Assembly (NCBI RefSeq): GCF_006345805.1
Contig: NC_043025.1
Span: 16,926,001-16,990,000 of the forward strand
DNA length: 64,000 nucleotides
DNA from: Octopus sinensis
Taxonomy: Eukaryota
Direction: 5' to 3'
Both the position numbers and the translations under genes were made by a program. Below the pieces are notes generated by a model. That model was given only the letters and a program-made list of their open reading frames with translations. It was not told the DNA's origin and ran no database searches. Positions within the stretch are counted from its first letter, which is position 1. The number at the start of each line of letters is the position of its first letter. Shown piece after piece: positions 55,101 through 64,000 of the stretch.

Positions 55101-58100
55101 AAACTTTTGAGAATTTAGTGATCTCTTGGATAAATATAAGCTTATTCACTCAATAGCTTATAACTATACCTAACAGATCACAAAATTTTTTTGTTTTCAA
55201 GTACACATTTGAAATATTTTGACATTTTCTAACCTGAAAACTTTTGAGAATTTAGTGATCTCTTGGATAAATATAAGCTTATATCACTCATATAGCTTAT
55301 ATTTACCTAACAGACACACATTTTTTTTTTTTTCAAGTACACATTTGAAATATTTTGACATTTTCTAACCTGAAAACTTTTGAGAATTTAGTGATCTCTT
55401 GGATAAATATAAGCTTATTATCACTCAATAGCTTATATTTACCTACAAACACAAAATTTAAATTTTGTTTTTCAAGTACACATTTGAAATATTTGACATT
55501 TTCTAACCTGAAAACTTTTGAGAATTTAGTGATCTCTTGGATAAACTTATTATCACTCATATAGCTTATATTTACCTAACAGATCACAAAATTTTTTTGT
55601 TTTTCAAGTACACATTTGAAATATTTTGACATTTTCTAACCTGAAAACTTTTGAGAATTAGTGATCTCTTGGATAAATATAAGCTTATTATCTCATATAG
55701 CTTTATATTTACCTAACAGATCACAAATTTCTTTTGTTTTTCAAGTACACATTTGAAATATTTTGACATTTTCTAACCTGAAAACTTTTGAGAATTTAGT
55801 GATCTCTTGGATAAATATAAGCTTATTATCACTCATATAGCTTATATTTACCTAACAGATCACAAATTTTTTTTGTTTTTCAAGTACACATTTGAAATAT
55901 TTTGACATTTTCTAACCTGAAAACTTTTGAGAATTTAGTGATCTCTTGGATAAATATAAGCTTATTATCACTCATATAGCTTATATTTATCTAACAGACA
56001 ACAAATTTTTTTTTGTTTTTCAAGTACACATTTGAAATATTTTGACATTTTCTAACCTGAAAACTTTTGAGAATTTAGTGATCTCTTGGATAAATATAAG
56101 CTTATTATCACTCATATAGCTTATATTTACCTAACAGATCACAAAATTTTTTTTTTTTTCAAGTACACATTTGAAATATTTTGACATTTTCTAACCTGAA
56201 AACTTTTGAGAATTTAGTGATCTCTTGGATAAATATAAGCTTATTATCACTCATATAGCTTATATTTACATAACAGATCAAAAATTTTTTTTTATTTTTC
56301 AAGTACACATTTGAAATATTTTGACATTTTCTAACCTGAAACTTTTGAGAATTTAGTGATCTCTTGGATAAATATAAGCTTATTATCACTCATATAGCTT
56401 ATATTTACCTAACAGACACAAAAATTTTTTTGTTTTCAAGTACACATTTGAAATATTTTGACATTTTCTAACCTGAAAACTTTGAGAATTTAGTGATCTC
56501 TTGGATAAATATAAGCTTATTATCACTCATATAGCTTATATTTACCTAACAGATCACAAATTTTTTTTTTTTTTTCAAGTACACATTTGAAATATTTTGA
56601 CATTTCTAACCTGAAAACTTTTGAGAATTTAGTGATCTCTTGGATAAATATAAGCTTATTATCACTCATATAGCTTATATTTACCTAAAGATCACAAAAT
56701 TTTTTTTTTTTCAAGTACACATTTGAAATATTTTGACATTTCTAACCTGAAAACTTTTGAGAATTTAGTGATCTCTTGATAAATAAAGCTTATTATCACT
56801 CATATAGCTTATATTTACCTAACAGATCACAAATTTTTTTTGTTTTCAAGTACACATTTGAAATATTTTGACATTTTCTAACCTGAAAACTTTTGAGAAT
56901 TTAGTGATCTCTTGGATAATATAAGCTTATTATCACTCATATAGCTTATATTTACCTAACAGATCACAAAATTTTTTTTTTTTTCAAGTACACATTTGAA
57001 ATATTTTGACTTTTCTAACCTGAAAACTTTTGAGAATTTAGTGATCTCTTGGATAAATATAAGCTTATTATCACTCATATAGCTTATATTTACCTAACAG
57101 ACACAAAATTTTTTTTGTTTTTCAAGTACACATTTGAAATATTTTGACATTTTCTAACCTGAAATTTTGAGAATTTAGTGATCTCTTGGATAAATATAAG
57201 CTTATTATCACTCATATAGCTAATATTTACCTAAGAGATCAGAAATTTATTTTTGTTTTTCAAGTAACATTTGAAATATTTTGACATTTTCTAACCTGAA
57301 ACATTTGAAAATTTAGTGATCTCTTGTTAATATAAGCTTATTATCACTCTATAGCTTATATTTATCTAACAAGAACAAAATTTTTTTGTTTTTAAGCTTA
57401 TTATCACTCATATAGCTTTTTTTATTCACCTCACAGACAACAAAAATTTTTTTTGTTTTTCAAGTACACATTTGAAATATTTTGACATTTTCTAACCTGA
57501 AAACTTTTGAGAATTTAGTGATCTCTTGGATAAATATAAGCTTATTATCACTCATATAGCTTATATTTACCTAACAGATCACAAATTTTTTTTTGTTTTT
57601 CAAGTACACATTTGAAATATTTGACATTTTCTAACCTGAAAACTTTTGAGAATTTAGTGATCTCTTGGATAAATATAAGCTTATTATCACTCATATAGCT
57701 TATATTTACCTAAGAGATCACAAAATTTTTTTTTGTTTTTCAAGTACACATTTGAAATATTTTGACATTTTCTAACCTGAAAACTTTTGAGAATTTAGTG
57801 ATCTCTTGGATAAATATAAGCTTATTATCACTCATTAGCTTATATTTCTAACAGATCACAAAATTTTTTGTTTTTTAAGTACACATTTGAAATATTTTGA
57901 CATTTTCTAACCTGAAAACTTTTGAGAATTTAGTGATCTCTTGGATAAATATAAGCTTATTATCACTCATATAGCTAACAGATCACAAAATTTTTTTTTG
58001 TTTTTCAAGTACACATTTGAAATATTTTGACATTTTCTAACCTGAAAACTTTTGAGAATTTAGTGATCTCTTGGATAAATATAAGCTTATTATCACTCAT

Positions 58101-61100
58101 ATAGCTTATATTTACCTAACAGACAACAATTTTTTTTTTTTTTTCAAGTACACATTTGAAATATTTTGACATTTTCTAACCTGAAAACTTTTGAGAATTT
58201 AGTGATCTCTTGGATAAATATAAGCTTATTATCACTCATATAGCTTATATTTACCTAAAAGATCACAAATTTTTTTTTTTTTTTCAAGTACACATTTGAA
58301 ATATTTTGACATTTTCTAACCTGAAAACTTTTGAGAATTTAGTGATCTCTTGGATAAATATAAGCTTATTATCACTCATATAGCTTATATTACTAACAGA
58401 TCACAAATTTTTTTTTTTTTCAAGTACACATTTGAAATATTTTGAATTTTCTAACCTGAAAACTTTTGAGAATTTAGTGATCTCTTGGATAAATATAAGC
58501 TTATTATCACTCATATAGCTTATATTTACCTAACAGATCACAAAATTTTTTTGTTTTTCAAGTACACATTTGAAATATTTTGACATTTTCTAACCTGAAA
58601 ACTTTTGAGAATTTAGTGATCTCTTGGATAAATATAAGCTTATTATCACTCATATAGCTTATATTTACCTAACAGATCACAAAATTTTTTTTTGTTTTTC
58701 AAGTACACATTTGAAATATTTTGACATTTTCTAACCTGAAAACTTTTGAGAATTTAGTGATCTCTTGGATAAATATAAGCTTATTATCACTCATATAGCT
58801 TATATTTACCTAACAGACACAAAATTTTTTTTGTTTTTCAAGTACACATTTGAAATATTTTGACATTTTCTAACCTGAAAACTTTTGAGAATTTAGTGAT
58901 CTCTTGGATAAATATAAGCTTATTATCACTCATATAGCTTATATTTACCTAACAGATCACAAAATTTTTTTTTGTTTTTCAAGTACACATTTGAAATATT
59001 TGACATTTTCTAACCTGAAAACTTTTGAGAATTTAGTGATCTCTTGGATAAATATAAGCTTATTATCACTCATATAGCTTATATTTACCTAACAGATCAC
59101 AAAATTTTTTTTGTTTTTCAAGTACACATTTGAAATATTTTGACATTTTCTAACCTGAAAACTTTTGAGAATTTAGTGATCTCTTGGATAAATATAAGCT
59201 TATTATCACTCATATAGCTTATATTTACCTAACAGATCACAAAATTTTTTTTGTTTTTCAAGTACACATTTGAAATATTTTGACATTTTCTAACCTGAAA
59301 ACTTTTGAGAATTTAGTGATCTCTTGGATAAATATAAGCTTATTATCACTCATATAGCTTATATTTACCTAACAGATCACAAAATTTTTTGTTTTCAAGT
59401 ACACATTTGAAATATTTTGACATTTTCTAACCTGAAAACTTTTGAGAATTTAGTGATCTCTTGGATAAATATAAGCTTATTATCACTCATATAGCTTATA
59501 TTTACCTAACAGACAACAAAATTTTTTTTTGTTTTTCAAGTACACATTTGAAATATTTTGACATTTTCTAACCTGAAAACTTTTGAGAATTTAGTGATCT
59601 CTTGGATAAATATAAGCTTATTATCACTCATATAGCTTATATTTACCTAACAGATCACAAAATTTTTTTTTTGTTTTTCAAGTACACATTTGAAATATTT
59701 TGACATTTTCTAACCTGAAAACTTTTGAGAATTTAGTGATCTCTTGGATAAATATAAGCTTATTTCATCACTCTTATATTACCTAACAGATCACAAAATT
59801 TTTTTTTTTTTTCAAGTACACATTTGAAATATTTTGACATTTTCTAACCTGAAAACTTTTGAGAATTTAGTGATCTCTTGGATAAATATAAGCTTATTAT
59901 CACTCATATAGCTTATATTTACCTAACAGACAACAAAAATTTTTTTTGGTTTTCAAGTACACATTTGAAATATTTTGACATTTTCTAACCTGAAAACTTT
60001 TGAGAATTTAGTGATCTCTTGGATAAATATAGCTTATTATCACTCATATAGCTTATATTTACCTAACAGAAAACAAAATTTTTTTTTGTTTTTCAAGTAC
60101 ACATTTGAAATATTTTGACATTTTCTAACCTGAAAACTTTTGAGAATTTAGTGATCTCTTGGATAAATATAGCTTATTATCACTCATATAGCTTATATTT
60201 ACCTAACAGATCACAAAATTTTTTTTTGTTTTTCAAGTACACATTTGAAATATTTTGACATTTTCTAACCTGAAAACTTTTGAGAATTTAGTGATCTCTT
60301 GGATAAATATAAGCTTATTATCACTCATATAGCTTATATTTACCTAACAGATCACAAATTTTTTTTTGTTTTTCAAGTACACATTTGAAATATTTTGACA
60401 TTTTCTAACCTGAAAACTTTTGAGAATTTAGTGATCTCTTGGATAAATATAAGCTTATTATCACTCATATAGCTTATATTTACCTAACAGACAAAAAATT
60501 TTTTTTTTTTTCGAAGTACACATTTGAAATATTTTGACATTTTCTAACCTGAAAACTTTTGAGAATTTAGTGATCTCTTGGATAAATATAAGCTTATTAT
60601 CACTCATATAGCTTATATTTACCTAACAGACAAAAAAATTTTTTTTATTTTCGAAGTACACATTTGAAATATTTTGACATTTACTAACCTGAAAACTTTT
60701 GAGAATTTAGTGATCTCTTGGATAAATATAAGCTTATTATCACTCATATAGCTTATATTACCTAACAGATCACAAAATTTTTTTTTGTTTTTCAAGTACA
60801 CATTTGAAATATTTTGACATTTTCTAACCTGAAAACTTTTGAGAATTTAGTGATCTCTTGGATAAATATAAGCTTATTATCACTTATAGCTTATATTTCC
60901 TAACAGATCACAAAATTTTTTTTGTTTTTCAAGTACACATTTGAAATATTTTGACATTTTCTAACCTGAAACTTTTGAGAATTTAGTGATCTCTTGGAAA
61001 ATATAAGCTTATTATCACTCATATAGCTTATATTTACCTAACAGATCACAAATTTTTTTTTGTTTTTCAAGTACACATTTGAAATATTTTGACATTTTCT

Positions 61101-64000
61101 AACCTGAAAACTTTTGAGAATTTAGTGATCTCTTGGGTAAATATAAGCTTATTATCACTCATTAGCTTATATTTATCTAACAGATCACAAAATTTTTTTT
61201 GTTTTTTTAAGTACACATTTGAAATATTTTGACATTTTCTAACCTGAAACTTTTAGAATTTAGTGATCTCTTGGATAAATATAAGCTTATTATCACTCAT
61301 ATAGCTATACAATCACAAAATTTTTTTTTGTTTTTCAAGTACACATTTGAAATATTTTGACATTTCTAACCTGAAAACTTTTGAGAATTTAGTGATCTCT
61401 TGGATAAATATAAGCTTATTATCACTATATAGCTTATTATTTACCTAACAGATCACAAAATTTTTTTTTGTTTTTCAAGTACACATTTGAAATATTTTGA
61501 CATTTTCTAACCTGAAAACTTTTGAGAATTTAGTGATCTCTTGGATAAATATAAGCTTATTATCACTCATATAGCTTATATTTACCTAACAGATCACAAA
61601 ATTTTTTTTTTTTTTCAAGTACACATTTGAAATATTTTGACATTTTCTAACCTGAAAACTTTTGAGAATTTAGTGATCTCTTGGATAAATATAAGCTTAT
61701 TATCACTCATATAGCTTATATTACCTAACAGACAACAAAATTTTTTTTTGTTTTTCAAGTACACATTTGAAATATTTTGACATTTTCTAACCTGAAAACT
61801 TTTGAGAATTTAGTGATCTCTTGGATAAATATAAGCTTATTATCACTCATATAGCTTATATTTACCTAACAGACAACAAATTTTTTTTTGTTTTTCAAGT
61901 ACACATTTGAAATATTTTGACATTTTCTAACCTGAAAACTTTTGAGAATTTAGTGATCTCTTGGATAAATATAAGCTTATTATCACTCATATAGCTTTTA
62001 TTTACCTAACAGATCACAAAATTTTTTTTTGTTTTCAAGTACACATTTGAAATATTTTGACATTTTCTAACCTGAAAACTTTTGAGAATTTAGTGATCTC
62101 TTGGATAAATATAAGCTTATTATCACTCATATAGCTTATATTTACCTAACAGATCACAAAATTTTTTTTTGTTTTTCAAGTACACATTTGAAATATTTTG
62201 ACATTTTCTAACCTGAAAACTTTTGAGAATTTAGTGATCTCTTGGATAAATATAAGCTTATTATCACTCATATAGCTTATATTTACCTAACAGACAACAA
62301 ATTTTTTTTTTTTTTCAAGTACACATTTGAAATATTTTGACATTTTCTAACCTGAAAACTTTTGAGAATTTAGTGATCTCTTGGATAAATATAAGCTTAT
62401 TATCACTCATATAGCTTATATTACCTAACAGATCACAAAATTTTTTTTGTTTTTCAAGTACACATTTGAAATATTTTGACATTTTCTAACCTGAAAACTT
62501 TTGAGAATTTAGTGATCTCTTGGATAAATATAAGCTTATTATCACTCATATAGCTTATATTTACCTAACAGATCACAAAATTTTTTTTTGTTTTTCAAGT
62601 ACACATTTGAAATATTTTGACATTTTCTAACCTGAAAACTTTTGAGAATTTAGTGATCTCTTGGATAAATATAAGCTTATTATCACTCAGTTAACTTATA
62701 TTTATCTAACAGATCACAAAATTTTTTTTGTTTTTCAAGTACACATTTGAAATATTTTGACATTTTCTAACCTGAAAACTTTTGAGAATTTAGTGATCTC
62801 TTGGATAAATATAAGCTTATTATCACTCATATAGCTTATATTTACCTAACAGATCACAAATTTTTTTTTGTTTTTCAAGTACACATTTGAAATATTTTGA
62901 CATTTTCTAACCTGAAAACTTTTGAGAATTTAGTGATCTCTTGGATAAATATAAGCTTATTATCACTCATATAGCTTATATTACCTAACAGACAAAAATT
63001 TTTTTTTTGTTTTTCAAGTACACATTTGAAATATTTTGACATTTTCTAACCTGAAAACTTTTGAGAATTTAGTGATCTCTTGGATAAATATAAGCTTATT
63101 ATCACTCATATAGCTTATATTTACCTAACAGATCACAAAATTTTTTTTGTTTTTCAAGTACACATTTGAATATTTTGACATTTTTCTAACCTGAAAACTT
63201 TTGAGAATTTAGTGATCTCTTGGATAAATATAAGCTTATTATCACTCATATAGCTTATATTTACCTAACAGACCACAAAATTTTTTTTGTTTTTCAAGTA
63301 CACATTTGAAATATTTTGACATTTTCTAACCTGAAAACTTTTGAGAATTTAGTGATCTCTTGGATAAATATAAGCTTATTATCACTCATATAGCTTATAT
63401 TTTCCTAACAGATCACAAAATTTTTTTTTGTTTTTCAAGTACACATTTGAAATATTTTGACATTTTCTAACCTGAAAACTTTTGAGAATTTAGTGATCTC
63501 TTGGATAAATATAAGCTTATTATCACTCATATAGCTTATATTTACCTAACAGATCACAAATTTTTTTTTCTTTTCAAGTACACATTTGAAATATTTTGAC
63601 ATTTTCTAACCTGAAAACTTTTGAGAATTTAGTGATCTCTTGGATAAATATAAGCTTATTATCACTCATATAGCTTATATTTACCTAACAGACACCAAAA
63701 TTTTTTTTTTTTTTTCAAGTACACATTTGAAATATTTTGACATTTTCTAACCTGAAACTTTTGAGAATTTAGTGATCTCTTGGATAAATATAAGCTTATT
63801 ATCACTCATATAGCTTATATTTACCTAACAGATCAACAAATTTTTTTTTTTTTTTCAAGTACACATTTGAAATATTTTGACATTTCTAACCTGAAACTTT
63901 TGAGAATTTAGTATCTCTTGGATAAATATACTTATTATCACTCATATAGCTTAATATTTACCTAAGAGATCACAAAATTTTTTTTTGTTTTTCAAGTACA
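52150..64000 (+). repeat. Near-consensus homogeneous monomer domain
   Basis: Most monomers match the consensus apart from homopolymer length, 1-nt indels and the gatcac/gacaac site. No HOR or inversion is visible. Confidence 0.85.
53021..53097. repeat. Intra-monomer imperfect inverted repeat (example copy; present in nearly every monomer): 31-bp arms, 4 mismatches, 15-nt loop
   Basis: Left arm 53021-53051 is aatttagtgatctcttggataaatataagct. The reverse complement of the right arm (53067-53097) is aattttgtgatctgttaggtaaatataagct. The loop is tattatcactcatat and the inner 12 bp (taaatataagct) pair perfectly. Confidence 0.95.

Larger units (their letters stand above)
1..64000 (+). repeat. Tandem satellite DNA array, ~141-bp monomer, ~455 copies, mostly head-to-tail on + strand; runs off both window ends
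   Basis: The same unit recurs continuously. An exact 141-bp consensus copy is at 52971-53111, and the period measured from catatagctt at 52501 to the next copy at 52642 is 141. The consensus has 34/141 G+C and no CpG. It carries one HindIII (aagctt), two Sau3AI (gatc), one RsaI (gtac) and one SspI (aatatt) site. Confidence 0.99.

Noticed and set aside
106-60801. All 19 ORFs in the supplied track (60-108 aa)
   Set aside because: They are recurring translations of the monomer (FSNLKTFENLVISWINISLLS on one strand, SDNKLIFIQEITKFSKVFRLE on the other), opened by chance indels that skip stop codons. Many rely on non-ATG starts, and none shows a domain-like motif or unique sequence.
1-64000. CRISPR array or other repeat-spacer system, suggested by regular palindromic repeats
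   Set aside because: There are no unique spacers: the sequence between hairpins is as conserved as the hairpin. There are no cas or other genes in the window.

Overview
The whole 64-kb window is one AT-rich (~24% GC) tandem satellite array of roughly 455 copies of a ~141-bp monomer. An exact consensus copy lies at 52971-53111: aagtacacatttgaaatattttgacattttctaacctgaaaacttttgagaatttagtgatctcttggataaatataagcttattatcactcatatagcttatatttacctaacagatcacaaaattttttttgtttttc. I can support no gene, RNA gene, CRISPR array or coding mobile element, and every ORF in the track is a translation of the repeat. The sequence looks like eukaryotic heterochromatic or (peri)centromeric satellite, but I cannot assign an organism. 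The interest is structural. (1) Each monomer contains a 31-bp-arm quasi-palindrome with a 15-nt loop. (2) Variants recur that perfect this palindrome. (3) A 46-nt inverted patch appears copied from a different monomer. (4) Three inverted blocks (35.5-37.6, 45.2-45.9, 50.2-50.9 kb) have fold-back junctions, and the third is a duplicate of the second. (5) The array is layered: a variable higher-order-repeat domain (to ~29 kb), a diverged and rearranged domain (~29-52 kb) and a near-consensus domain (52-64 kb). Indel noise is uneven and resembles long-read error, so several observations need read-level confirmation. All counts and offsets were done by eye.
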